From positions 434,001 through 498,000 of the forward strand of contig JAJCTO010000010.1 of the NCBI GenBank assembly GCA_046563655.1: a DNA stretch of 64,000 nucleotides, given 5' to 3'. A program made the position numbers and the translations under genes. The notes below the pieces were generated by a model, which saw only the letters and a program-made list of their open reading frames with translations, did not search any database and had not been told where the DNA came from. Of the stretch, positions 10,218-21,568 are shown one piece after another. Source of the DNA: Yuukianura sp. NJ FZ-2021 (lineage: Eukaryota). Position 1 is the stretch's first letter. Each line of letters starts with the position of its first letter.

Positions 10218-11563
10218 TGTTGAAGGCTGGCTAGACTGTAGTCTCTAAAGTATACTGATTTTGTAGAATCAATGTGTAAGACGGATTGAAACTCGGCATA
10301 GACGCGGACGGTGACAGAGCATTTGAGTGCCGTTTTAAATTTGAGATCAATTTTGACGTTGCCGTACTTCGGAGTAGGAAACCCTTCTTTTGAATGTCTG
10401 AGATTATATAGCATTAGTGGGTGAGATTTGAATTCCTCCCGGTTCAAATCTAATCCAACGTCGTCGTTGGCTATTCCGAGACTACTAAACAGATTATGGT
10501 AGAGTTGAACATATTGATCTTGGCTGAAGTCAACATGTGTCCCAAGTGCAGTTCCAGAGTCACCATTAATGCTGACATTTATATAGCTCAAGTCAAAGTG
10601 CTCAAATGCAAATGGATTTGTAGTTATAGATCCAATGTAGTTTTCTGACGGTAAAAGTCCAATAAGTAGTCGATCACATATGACACCAGAAATGAGGTTT
10701 TCGTTTACGTTGGTGACTGTACCAGGAGATAGGGTATATGTTTTAATTTCAACTCGTTTCATGGGATAAGTCGCTGGTTTCCCATGCTCCCAACTTTGGA
10801 GAATTGAAGTTAGTAAGGATGGAAGGAGTTGATGTCGTTGTACAATTAGACGTGCATCTTGTATTTGAACTTGATAGTTGCCAGTTGTTTTGGCAACAAG
10901 ACAAAATTCTGGAGTGGATCTTAGAAATGAAATCCGCAAGTCAATTGAAGGAACAAGAAATTTGTTTTGAACACAAAGGTCGGTGAATGGACGCCCGACC
11001 ATGTCAATTGTTTTGCTTTTTACAGCAAATGCGTATCTTTGTTTAAATCCATCCTCTTTTGTTTCATCTGTACATTTAGGATCCTTTTCCTTGTAGAAAA
11101 GTGAGCATTGACTTTGGGAGCGTTTGTATTCTTTTCCATATCCAAGTAAAGTTTCCAAGTATGCCCTGTAGGCATATTGCAAACTTGCAGGAGTAATTAA
11201 AACTTCGTTGAGATATATTGAACACTGTAGAAATAAAGAGTGAAGGAAATTGTTGACTGATGCAACAATTGAGGTGTCGTCCAAATCTGTACCATTCTGC
11301 TTCACAATTTCGACTTTTAAATAAAGTTTTGTTTCCGACAAGTCGACTAGTTCAGTTTGGTTTCCTTGTACAAAAAATTCTAGAGGAGCTTGATTGTCTG
11401 AAAGTGAGTTGATTGAATGAAATTCCGTAGCTGAAGTTGATGCCAGACTAACATCAAATATCGGTTCTTCAAAGAGTTGTGTTTCTGATCTAACAAATGT
11501 GTAGGGTAAAGAAGAAGAAGAAGAAGATGATGGAGAAACTCTGGAAGATTTAACTTTTGGCAT
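10214..11563 (-). CDS. Polinton major capsid protein (PY, double jelly-roll), 449 aa
   Basis: SETQLF...PLEFFVQG...DLSETKLY...VNNFLHSLF...YAYRAYLETLL...NPFAF. Located just before the protease. Confidence 0.88.
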   Translation of the reverse strand: MPKVKSSRVSPSSSSSSSLPYTFVRSETQLFEEPIFDVSLASTSATEFHSINSLSDNQAPLEFFVQGNQTELVDLSETKLYLKVEIVKQNGTDLDDTSIVASVNNFLHSLFLQCSIYLNEVLITPASLQYAYRAYLETLLGYGKEYKRSQSQCSLFYKEKDPKCTDETKEDGFKQRYAFAVKSKTIDMVGRPFTDLCVQNKFLVPSIDLRISFLRSTPEFCLVAKTTGNYQVQIQDARLIVQRHQLLPSLLTSILQSWEHGKPATYPMKRVEIKTYTLSPGTVTNVNENLISGVICDRLLIGLLPSENYIGSITTNPFAFEHFDLSYINVSINGDSGTALGTHVDFSQDQYVQLYHNLFSSLGIANDDVGLDLNREEFKSHPLMLYNLRHSKEGFPTPKYGNVKIDLKFKTALKCSVTVRVYAEFQSVLHIDSTKSVYFRDYSLASLQQ

Positions 11564-11577
11564 TTTGTTTTTTTTTG

Positions 11578-12024
11578 TTAAAAGAGGTATCTGAGTTTGG
11601 AAGCTTTTGCTTTTTTGGCAACTTTTTTCTTTTTCTTTTTCTTTCGTTTTCTATGCTTCTTTGTGATTCGCCGTCCAGATCCCGTCTGATTAAGCAAGTC
11701 CCGCCCTGCTTCTTTAAGAGCATCTATTCCGTGGGAACGAAGTGATTCAGAAAATGGACGTTTACGTTCAATTAGATCAGATGCCACTGCACGCGCTGCC
11801 GTCAATGCATGTGGAGCGATATATTTTTTTAAAAATGGTACTAGCCTCCGTGCAAATGTACCTAGCACAGCTCCCAACCCGGCTCCCCTTTGTCTTCGTA
11901 CTCCACTAAAAAATATGGGGGATCCATAACCAATTTGATGAAAAGGAGGATTGAGATGAGTTGAAAATTTGAAGAAATTTTCAGCGCCATCTCTAGCGCA
12001 ATTGTATGGAACTAAGGCTCTCAT
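11578..12024 (-). CDS. Polinton PW-like basic core/membrane-active protein
   Basis: RQRGAGLGAVLGTFARRLVPFLK amphipathic segment, QTGSG motif and Lys/Arg-rich tail. Lies between the minor and major capsid genes. Confidence 0.7.
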   Translation of the reverse strand: MRALVPYNCARDGAENFFKFSTHLNPPFHQIGYGSPIFFSGVRRQRGAGLGAVLGTFARRLVPFLKKYIAPHALTAARAVASDLIERKRPFSESLRSHGIDALKEAGRDLLNQTGSGRRITKKHRKRKKKKKKKVAKKAKASKLRYLF

Positions 12025-12035
12025 TTTTTTTGCTC

Positions 12036-12836
12036 TTAATATTTTCGTTGACGGAAGCGAAGCGTCGCCGTCACGTTTCCAAATTGTAATGCCAGATTTT
12101 CTCCTACTTCATTTAATAAATAGATTTTGACAGTGTCAAACTCACTTACGGCTAGGTCCAAAAAATATGGATGCGAAAATTCATTAACAACTTGACGTCG
12201 TGTGTGTCCATCATAATTGACAACCCGCAGACACTGTACTAGTACATCTCCAACAAATTGTGGTTTAATAAGGTTACAGTATACAAACATTTTTGTATTT
12301 CCAGTATTAAAAAAGACGGGCATTGTTCCTTGACCTTTGAGTTGAAAAGGTTTTTGTAGAAAAAGTTTTTCTGTAGCTTTTGCATTACTTCTTCCAGAAA
12401 GATCTGGTTTAGGTAATCCAAGAATATCAACCAATTTTTGTGAAACTATAATTCCTTCATGTAGCAATGGAAATTGATAATAGAAAATGTGGTTTCTAAT
12501 TTCAAAAGTAGCTCCGTTTAGAGCAGATGACAGTTCTTGTAACAGTTCCTGTTCACTTGTAATGTTTCTGCTGCAGACATATGTTTGTAACGACGACACA
12601 AACTCGTCCTCACTTTTTTTGAAAGTTGAAAATAACACGTCACCAGAATGTATTATTGCATTTCCAAATGTATATGAGATTTCTGTAAGCGCAACTTCCC
12701 ATTGCCCAGCTGGGAAAGAGATTGTTGTAGAAAGACGGTTTTTGAAATTTGAAATTTTATTTTCTGGAAATAAATCCATACATGCGTTTGATTGTAATGT
12801 TACAAAAAATGAGGTGTCACGCTGTTGATGCGCCAT
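12036..12836 (-). CDS. Polinton minor capsid protein (penton, PX)
   Basis: FFVTLQSN..FPENK...WEVALTEISY...FVGD...LRVV...TLRFR. Confidence 0.85.
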   Translation of the reverse strand: MAHQQRDTSFFVTLQSNACMDLFPENKISNFKNRLSTTISFPAGQWEVALTEISYTFGNAIIHSGDVLFSTFKKSEDEFVSSLQTYVCSRNITSEQELLQELSSALNGATFEIRNHIFYYQFPLLHEGIIVSQKLVDILGLPKPDLSGRSNAKATEKLFLQKPFQLKGQGTMPVFFNTGNTKMFVYCNLIKPQFVGDVLVQCLRVVNYDGHTRRQVVNEFSHPYFLDLAVSEFDTVKIYLLNEVGENLALQFGNVTATLRFRQRKY

Positions 12837-12942
12837 TTTCTTTTTGAGATTCACGTGTTTATTTGACGAAATACAAAATCACACTAAGATAAAATACAAC
12901 GTTTACTTACTACTTAAGAAAAAAAAAGTAGAGGGGGCACAG

Positions 12943-13080
12943 GGGTTAAAAACCCCGGGTTGCACGCAGGGCTTAAACCCAAGTTGTACGCAGGGCTTAA
13001 ACCCAAGTTGTACGAAGGGCTTAAACCCACGTGGTCAGCAGGGAGTAACACCCAGCGTAGCCTTGTTGGGTTTAAAACCC
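12943..13080. repeat. 24-bp tandem array with palindromic GGGCTTAAACCC core (3 full units)
   Basis: GGGCTTAAACCCAAGTTGYACGCA units. The mirror copy has 7 units. Confidence 0.85.
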
Positions 13081-13139
13081 ACCATGGCAAAGCAGGGACC
13101 GCGCGCGCGCATCCCTGCAAGCATGGAAGCAAGGATTTT

Positions 13140-14172
13140 TTTTTCAAATACACACACAAAAGAATTTTTTTTTTTAATTTTTATATGCTTCCCAACTTTT
13201 GGCAAGTTGTTTTTTGACAATTTTTTTTTACTTTTTGTACTGTCATTTGTAGTAGTCGTAGTAGTAGTAAAGTTTTCTCGTTTTCGAAGTCTGTCTTTGA
13301 TTGGTAGAGATTTGAGTGGAGATGATTTTTGATGTTGTTGTGGAGACAAGGTTGGTGGTGTACCAAATGTATTACTTTCCACATCATCATCATCATCCCC
13401 TTCCTCCTCAATATTTCCTTCAGAATCTCCTTTAAAAAGGGATGAAAGGGGGGTTGTTGGTTCACTGGCAACTGTTGTAGTAGTTAAATTTTCTCTTCTA
13501 CTACCAACTTCTCCTGTTGGTACTTTTTCAAGAATCCTACGAACAGTTTGTGGTGGTGTTTGGATTTCTTCAAATTTTTGTAAATGTTCATAAACTTCAT
13601 TCCATCCAACTGGTATATTAAATAGGAGATTTTGTTTTTGCCTTTTGGTCAAATTTTTCTTTTTAAATGAAATAAATTGAGAGAGGACATTGATGATATT
13701 TGAAGAAGGAATTCGCTTATTATCAATCAAAATTTCCAAGTCTGAATTCCAACTGATGTTACTCAATTTCATAAAGTTTATAAACTTTTTGGCATCCTTT
13801 CCTGGTACTTGTTTTAAAATGTATGGTTCTGTAACATACTCAATTTTTTGTACCAAGTTGGATTGATTGTTGTTGTTGTTGTTGTTACTGGTGTTTGAAG
13901 TTGATGTCAAATTTGAACTAGTTTCAGAAATAGACTTGACTAAAACTGGACGATTTGACAAAATTTTTTTGGAGTAGGCGGCGAGAAAAATCATAGTATA
14001 AAAGAGCTTTGATATCATCTGGTACATCGTCAACTGATAAAATTATTTGCTTCTTGTGTTCCAAATCTTCATCTTCACCCCCCACAATCTTTGGTGACTC
14101 TATGGAACTTTTGTTTGGTTCTTCATACTTGTTCTTGTACTCTGATTCCGATATTAGACGCATTCGTTTCAT
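13140..14172 (-). pseudogene. Conserved Polinton protein of unknown function (frameshift in A-run near 13965)
   Basis: Mirror of 30792-31889 and homologous to 44891-45562 (MKR.RL.SE.EY, PDDIKALLY, VTEPYILKQ, RIP.SNIINV). Confidence 0.7.
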
Positions 14173-14519
14173 TTTTGAAAGATGGCTGATAGAACACTTG
14201 GGATCATAGATCCTAATAGCAACGGAATTATTGCACCACCCCTTTGAGACAAAAGTTTTTTCTTTTTTGCCAATGATGAGCGTCTCTTCTTTACAATTGA
14301 AAGTATTGTTCTTTTGAATGGACGTAACTTTTCAGCTGTAGACTTTTTTAGACCAACATTTTTTTTGTATATATTCAAAACACATTCACAAATACTTTTG
14401 ACTTCACCACTACTAGCATATTTAATTAACGCTTTTCTTTGTTGTGGTGAACAAAAAGTGAGTTTTCTTTCACAGTTGTAGACATGATTGTGTGAACTTA
14501 TGCGTGTGACCAGCTTCAT
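14169..14519 (-). CDS. Conserved small basic Polinton protein with QRGG motif and hydrophobic tail
   Basis: SICECVLNI...LLSQRGGAIIPLLLG. Homologue at 44517-44849. Confidence 0.75.
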   Translation of the reverse strand: MKLVTRISSHNHVYNCERKLTFCSPQQRKALIKYASSGEVKSICECVLNIYKKNVGLKKSTAEKLRPFKRTILSIVKKRRSSLAKKKKLLSQRGGAIIPLLLGSMIPSVLSAIFQK

Positions 14520-14613
14520 GTTGAAACTTCAAATGACTCATTTCATTGTGTGTATACCTCTCATATAAAACGTTTGGCATTTTCAAGTCTTAGGGTCAGA
14601 TTTCATTTAGATA

Positions 14614-15576
14614 ATGGAGCAGAAACATTTAATAGAAAAAATACGCAAGGATTACGTCAATCCTCGTTCAAGTTTTGCATTTTCAGGATTAGAAGGAACT
14701 TTTAAAGTTCAAAAGAAGAGTGGGGTCACAAAAACTGATGTACTAAAAGCATTAGAACAAATTCCAGCTTATACTCTTCACAAACCGGCTCGGAAACGCT
14801 ACAAAAGACGAAAAGTTTTTATACCGTCCATAAGATATCAGTATATAATTGATCTAATCGATATTTCAAAGTATTCTGAAGCAAATACGAATCATAAGTT
14901 CTTGTTGACTTGTATTGACGGTTTTTCTAAAGTCGCTGACGTCATCCCTTTAAAAAATAAAACTGGGAGTCAAGTAGCAAACGCTTTACAAAAAATCTTT
15001 AAGAAAAGAGGCCCTCCAAAGTCAATTAAATTTGACGAAGGGAAAGAATTTTTAAATCGAAATGTTAAACAGCTTTTAAAACAATACTCTGTTTCATTCT
15101 TTAGTACTAGATCAGAACTGAAGGCAGTTATTGTTGAAAGATTTAACCGAACATTAATGAGAAGGTTGGCGAGATATATGACACACAATCAGACCACAAA
15201 ATTCTTAGATGTTTTGCAAAATATTGTAACTTCATACAACAACACATATCATCGCTCCATAAAATGTACACCAAACCAAGTCAATGACGACACAAAAACT
15301 GAAGTATTTCTAAATTTGTACGGACACTTACCAAAACAAAACCAACCGAAAAGGAAACCTGCTACCTTCAATGTTGGAGACTCCGTACTACTTAGTAAAT
15401 ATAAAACACTTTTTGAAAAGGGATACGCCCAAAGCTGGACAAAAGAAATTTTCCAGATTGTTGAAGTTTGCAACTCCGTTCCCGTCACTTACAAGTTAAA
15501 AGACGGCAAAGGTGAAGACATATTTGGAATATTTTACAACGAAGAACTGCAACGCGTTCCTCAGTCTTCAGTTTAA
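14614..15576 (+). CDS. int: Polinton retroviral-like integrase, 320 aa
   Basis: YTLHKPAR, IDLID, FDEGKEF, VERFNRTL, YNNTYH and FYNEELQ. The DDE triad is intact. Confidence 0.93.
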   Translation: MEQKHLIEKIRKDYVNPRSSFAFSGLEGTFKVQKKSGVTKTDVLKALEQIPAYTLHKPARKRYKRRKVFIPSIRYQYIIDLIDISKYSEANTNHKFLLTCIDGFSKVADVIPLKNKTGSQVANALQKIFKKRGPPKSIKFDEGKEFLNRNVKQLLKQYSVSFFSTRSELKAVIVERFNRTLMRRLARYMTHNQTTKFLDVLQNIVTSYNNTYHRSIKCTPNQVNDDTKTEVFLNLYGHLPKQNQPKRKPATFNVGDSVLLSKYKTLFEKGYAQSWTKEIFQIVEVCNSVPVTYKLKDGKGEDIFGIFYNEELQRVPQSSV

Positions 15577-15588
15577 CTTCGTCGTGAC

Positions 15589-16083
15589 ATGAGCTCGTGT
15601 CAAATTTGCTCTCTGTGGCGTTCTTTTGCAAATTTTTGCTTCAAAAAAAATTCAACTACAACAATTACTGTTTGTGAAACCTTTTCTTGTAGCTGTAACC
15701 TCAATAAAACGTCGGAACTCCAGCCAGTCGAAAGGCATTCTCCAATTCAAGATTTTCTTAACCTAAACCCAAATATACTCACGGATACTACCCAAGAAAA
15801 AAAACAACGCAAACGAGTTCGAATTCCCAAGATTCCTCGTAAAGTCACATCTTTGGCAATGGTTGTTGAAGTTCGTCAAGAATTTCCTAAACCACATCCA
15901 CCACCACGAGTAAATTTGGAAGATGGTTGGCAGCTCTACATTGGCAATGAACAAGGAAATGACCAAGGACCGCTCACACATTTACATATTAAAAATGTTT
16001 ACGATGCTGGATCTAGTGTTGTGATTCCAATTCATTTATTTGATTGTCTCACAGAAGGACTGTCAAAGTTGAAACGAAACTAA
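15589..16083 (+). CDS. Conserved Polinton protein, Cys-rich N-terminus, possible PC4-like C-terminal domain
   Basis: Clear homologue at 42787-43350 (MVVEVR.EFPKP.PPP..NLEDGWQL...THLHIKN). The fold assignment is inference. Confidence 0.6.
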   Translation: MSSCQICSLWRSFANFCFKKNSTTTITVCETFSCSCNLNKTSELQPVERHSPIQDFLNLNPNILTDTTQEKKQRKRVRIPKIPRKVTSLAMVVEVRQEFPKPHPPPRVNLEDGWQLYIGNEQGNDQGPLTHLHIKNVYDAGSSVVIPIHLFDCLTEGLSKLKRN

Positions 16084-16089
16084 GGTATG

Positions 16090-16749
16090 TTACTTTTTCA
16101 AATATACTATACAAGATTCTGGATCTGCAAATACATTTGATCTTATTCGAAAGTCATCATTTTGACTTTGAGACATATCTAAAAATAAATAGCTATTTGG
16201 CTTGTTCTTTGTAGCATCCTCAAATGCTTCTTCTAGCGTCGAATTTGATTTTTCGCCTTTCATTTGTCGTCCCAAATATTTTATTATAGTCTTATCCCTT
16301 GGATTTCGAAATAATGCAACATATTTTGCATTTAAAGTCAAATTCCTACATCCTTTGAAGAAAAAATTTTGAATCGTAATCATAAGAGACAGTGAACGGT
16401 GATGAGAACCCCGAGTAACCATTCTACAAATATCCAAAGATGATCCAAGGTCTTCCATAAAGTCATCCAACACAACAAGGGTTGGCGTCTTGTTTCCAAT
16501 GTCAACATCAATTTGATCCATACCTTGACGAAAATCAATTAAAATTTCTTTTCCCCTGTTAACTCCTTTTAAACTTTTTGCAAAATCCGGCTCACCCTCG
16601 GCATAACAGTAGATTACACGCTTGATTTTTGGCTCAACAACTTCGTCTAAACGTTCCAAAACTTTTTTTATCAATGTACTTTTTCCACTTTGTGTAGGAC
16701 CGGCCAACACCATGACAAACGGATGCCGCAATGAACATTGGATTTCCAT
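16090..16749 (-). CDS. A32/FtsK-like DNA-packaging ATPase, 219 aa
   Basis: Walker A GPTQSGKST, Walker B VVLDDF, TRGSHH, QNFF and FRNPRD. Confidence 0.93.
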   Translation of the reverse strand: MEIQCSLRHPFVMVLAGPTQSGKSTLIKKVLERLDEVVEPKIKRVIYCYAEGEPDFAKSLKGVNRGKEILIDFRQGMDQIDVDIGNKTPTLVVLDDFMEDLGSSLDICRMVTRGSHHRSLSLMITIQNFFFKGCRNLTLNAKYVALFRNPRDKTIIKYLGRQMKGEKSNSTLEEAFEDATKNKPNSYLFLDMSQSQNDDFRIRSNVFADPESCIVYLKK

Positions 16750-16807
16750 CCTAACAAATCAAACTCCAAACAACTACTAACTGGAAGGACATTTAGTCTA
16801 ATTGGCT

Positions 16808-19800
16808 TTATTCATCTTCTTCCATACCGTCTACAATTTGATGCAAATTCTTTTCTAATTCAATTCTATAATGACCAAATCTTAATGAATCAATTGGAGA
16901 CAAATAAAAACTCTTATCTTCATATGCTGACAAACTTTTTTTTTGAACATTGTAGTTGTATACAAACGATGATTTAAACTTCGAATTGTATTCATACTAT
17001 AAGACTTGAACTGCCCGTTTTCTAAAACTTTTTTGTAATCTTCAAAATCCAATTCATTCTCGACAACCGAGCGAACTGTTCCTTTTGCCTTCTTCAGCTG
17101 AGTTTGGGTCCCATCCTCCTTCAACATCTTGATTGCATACATTTTTGGCTTCAATGCTATTGCTTCCAAAATTACTTCGTTGGCGCATTCATCCTTGAAG
17201 CAACCACCAACCCCTTCAAATTGGTCACTCCACAAATTTCCAAATTTTTCATTTCCTCTGTCGTACTTTGATGTGTCAAAAACGCCTTCATTCCTCCTCA
17301 CACTTTCAGCTATATCTGCATAAACATCTTCCGTCTTTATGTGAAGTAAAAAGCTATCCGTATCCGTATACATCAGCCTCATGTTGTCTCCATATCGCGG
17401 CTTTAACCACTTATAGTAAAAACTGTACATTCTGCATTTGGAATCATCCAAAATGCACTGTCCAACAAAAATAGGTTTGTCTAGCCTAGCAGCCAACTTT
17501 TTCATCACAAACAAAACACACTCATCATGAATGATTTTGACGTCCTCAACGGTTGGCTTTCGGGCGTATTCTCTCATCTTCACTCTTGATAATGCAATGT
17601 TGATCCGCCTATATTTCCGGACATTCTGGTAAACTTTTCCCGCAAATATGTTTCCCATGGCCTTGTAAAAGTTCTTATCCACCGGATTCGTCGCTTCGCG
17701 TCGACGTGTTATACAAATGTCCGTGTATACACGAAATAATGGAGCTTGAGTAAACCGTATGGCTCTGTGAACCTTCACAAGTTTCAGTCCAAGCTCCAAA
17801 AACAACTTTAAAAGTCGATACTGGACAATGTAGTTTCTTTTGTTACACAATGTTCCCAAAAGTTTTGTTTTTTTGCAAGATCCAGGTGTAGCTCCCACGT
17901 TCTTCAAAACTTCTTTGGTGTAGTCGGAGAGCCAATCGTATGTTATTTCACTTCGCTGTACTGCTAATGGGTAGTCATTGTGAGAATCATGCAATTCTTG
18001 CGGATAATCCAAATCTACCTCCAAAACTAATCCCTCCGGACCACAATCCTCCAAATCCATGATCATCTTCACGACACTATCCAAATTTCTTGTTCTGTTT
18101 TCCAGTGACATTTCCCACACAAAATCTTTCCACGGAACGTAGTTCCTCAAACAAGTTGCGTACAAGGCGTTTGCATCCCAGTAACAAATGTAACTCAATG
18201 GAAGCGCCGGGTCATACAAATCCCCCAAGTAAGGGTTATTTGCTTTTGCATAACGTAGTCCGACAGAACAAATTCCACCCCGAATCCCGCGTTCAAAATA
18301 CATGTACTTGTCAATCTCATCCAAATACTCGTACTCCACTTTTCCTGCCAACATTGCAGCGTCGTACGCAATTCCCGGAAGAGTGAGATAGTGCGCCGGA
18401 TCAAGGCGGAAACTCTCGAGCATACTTCTTCTCATATTCTGGAAACAATCTGCCAGGAGACATACATCAAGAGAAGCGTACAAGTTGTGATAATCTCTCA
18501 ATGTTTGACAGCCAAATTCCCGCCAAACCGTGTGCGCGTGTTCCAAGTCTTCAGGACTTATGGATTTTCCAGTCAAATCGCTTTTCCATTTTTCAGCAGG
18601 TGGCAAACACGTTTCATCAAATCGCTCCATAGAGTCAAAGTAACTGTAAGGGTAAACCCCTTTCCTTAAAAGTAATTCAATTTTACTTCCGTACTGTTGA
18701 AAATGATGACAAGTCACACCAAATTTGTCTTTTCCTTCTTTGGCAAGCATTTTGACTTGCTCTGATAAGCTTGCACTAATAAACTGATACGAATCAATCA
18801 TTCGCAGAACATGATCTCCATGGGTTGTCAACCGAAGCGCAGTAAACTTCTCGGTGCTGCTGCTCGCCAAAACTTCAACAGATTTAATTGTACTAGCACG
18901 CAATGCTTGTACAATAAATTTCGAATCATAATGTCGAAAACCATGACAAACAACTGGAATAAATGAACAAACTTGGGCGTTCAGGTTACACGGACCACAA
19001 CTCACTCCACGAATGGCTGATGTAACATGGCAGTGGTCAATGCACTTAGTGTCAACCCCTTCCACAAACTCCAGTCCACAATGAATACAGTGAGTTGAAG
19101 CCATCAAAAGATGAGCATAGTCAGATTCTGTCCATCGTGGGTTGAGGCCTACATCTTTTTTCAAAATTGGACATATCTTTTCCGCAACAGACACGAGTTC
19201 GTCAACCAGCCTCAGTGCAGCATCCGGACCACAAAATGTTAGGTCTACTACACGGTCCGCCAGATAACCGTCAGGTCTGATGATACTCATTGACCACCCA
19301 CAGTCTAAATGTTCATTATAAACGTCACCAATCTGTCGAGTACCAATCCCGTCTGTTGGTACTAACACTGATTCAAAATCTAAGTATATGACATACGGCA
19401 AAGGAAGACGTTGCACGAGGAATCTTGACGTAAAGTATTTTTCGGTTGGTAAAACGACACGTTGTACGTCCAACGCCGCACAAAACTTTTGGTGATTTTG
19501 CAATTTCTTTTCGCTTTTTGAAAAACACACACAAAAACGACACACAAACATTTCATACCACCGTTCACCTGTTCCTAGTAATCGAGACGCCCTCCGTAGG
19601 ATTATAATCACTTTGCGGCAAAAGTGTGTAATGAGACTTGTCTCCGTCGATTAACAATAACAAATCAACAGTTTTAGCTCTTGCTTCTCTAAATACGTAG
19701 AGAGGAAAAATATCAATCTTCTTTTTCCCTTTCAAACTTGGAGCAAGTTCGTCTCGAGGTTCGTAACCAAACACATTTACGGCAATCTGTGGATTGAAGT

Positions 19801-21307
19801 GATGGAACTTGTCAAGTTGAGCGATGGTCATCGGAAAATTTATACAATCCCAGTCAATCAAGATCCGTCTGATAATTTTTAGGATTGGTAAAGCGTACCA
19901 GTCTACATTTGGGTTTTTGTAAAGTGGGTTGAGTTCTGCCATGATAGCGTACTTGAAGCATAATTCGTCATTGTTACGAATATTTATAATGCATCGTTTG
20001 TCGCGAATGACTTTTGGAGTCGAAACCCAACTTGACCCTCGGTCCATCCTATACTCGAAAACTCTCAGTTGAAGTACCAAGAAGCGCTTCAATTTCCAAC
20101 CCGAACCGTGGTGAACGAATGATTCCATAGACAATCTCATTTTAGAATACATTTGCCTCAAAATAGTTTGAATCATACTCTGATGAAAACATCCATGTAG
20201 AAAACTGTTGAACGGAAACCGTTCCACCTCGGCTTCACCTGGTCGATCCCTTGATGTTCTTGTCATCTCTGCAACCAACGTACAAATCAACTTCATACCC
20301 CCAAACTCCTGAAGAAGTCCTTCCACCAAAGTTGTCAGCGCGTTAGCTGTACTTCGCATCACACCCGTCACATTTGCAAAGAGTTGTGGAGTCAAATCCA
20401 CCTCGAATTCACGTACAAGACCACCGTCAGCGCCATTTCGCCGACGTCCAGCCCTCTGAACTTCTCGAATCTCGAGCCCACTTTGAGTTCCTTCCCACTG
20501 TTGACCTTCCATTTGATCAATGTAAAGTTCGCGATGAAACTCAAACCGATGGTAGTCGAGCTCTCCTGCATTCTCAAAGATTGATGGCACATTGTGAGCA
20601 GAACCTCTCGCGAAAGTTTGACAAGTCTTCATTCATGGCTGATTCTTGAATTTCTGAGAATTCTTCTACAGAAAAATCCAAATCTTTTATTTTCACGACT
20701 AACCATCCAAATCACTCTTTTTTTCTTTTCTGTTGCTACTACCTTCATAATCAAGCAGCCCTTCTAAAATTGCATCTACAACTGGGTCTACTGGTCTTTC
20801 CAAATTCCTTGCTCCAGATTCGTCATTGACTGGTACCCTGGGACGACTTGGACCCGCAACTTCTCCGTCTATTGGTTCCCACTCTAACATAATTTACACA
20901 ACTTTATAAGATACCCAGAAGCGTACGTTTTCTTTGAGAGAAATACCTTGACGTGGTATCACGGCTGTCTCTACAGTTCGGAGCTTATGGACCCAACTTG
21001 AGATTGGTATCTGGTGGAGAGTTTGTGTATAACTAGTTGCCCCTTCTCTGAGAAGAGAGGGAGCCACTGTTTTGTTAAAGGCGCAGTGCCTCCCTCTCTT
21101 CGCAGAGAAGGGGCAACTGGTGATACATAAAAGCCTCCACCAGATACCAATCTCAAGTTGGGTCCATAAGCTCCGAACTGTAGAGACAGCCGTGCGTGGT
21201 ATGCGAAGGTCGTAAACATGACGTTCAAAAGCGTGATCCCAAAAGGAATCTTGCGAATCGAAACGCTCACCACAATTGTCACACTTAAATCTCCGGATCC
21301 CTTCCAT
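16808..21307 (-). pseudogene. polB: Polinton A pPolB, copy 1 (5' zinc-finger exons; MITE insertion; frameshifts)
   Basis: GSGW, YLDFES, EndoVII-like DHCH...CGPCN, RKGVYPY, DANALY and YTDTDS. Frameshifts near 20580, 19590 and 16940. Confidence 0.92.
20960..21194. mobile_element. 235-bp hAT-like MITE
   Basis: Near-perfect palindrome CACGGCTGTCTCTACAG...CTGTAGAGACAGCCGTG with 8-bp TSD CGTGGTAT (20952-20959, 21195-21202). The empty site is present in the mirror arm near 24004-24011. Confidence 0.93.
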
Positions 21308-21447
21308 GCTTCTTCTTCTTAGCTCTCACAACAAATGTTAATTTACTCAAAAATTTCACTTCATTAAATAGTAAATGACAAAACGTAGGTCAAACGAAAA
21401 CACACAAACTTGAATCAAATTATTTTTTTTATTCATTTCTCAATGTA

Positions 21448-21537
21448 GGATTCGAACTCGCAGCAACAAAAGTCATCCCACAACTCAATTCAACTTTTAG
21501 TTGAATTGATTAGTTGAATTGGGTTGTGGGAGGACTT
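21448..21537 (-). ncRNA. Candidate hairpin RNA plus downstream B-box (Polinton A)
   Basis: Stem of about 26 bp at 21470-21537 ending in TTTT on the minus strand, then GCTGCGAGTTCGAATCC. The same layout occurs at 37314-37410. Confidence 0.4.
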
Positions 21538-21568
21538 GGGAAACTCAACACAAAATATCAACACTTGA

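Larger units (their letters stand above)
8751..21272. repeat. Left arm of giant inverted duplication
   Basis: Reverse complement of 23935-35620 plus 55858-56532, with the same ORFs in mirror order. Confidence 0.95.
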
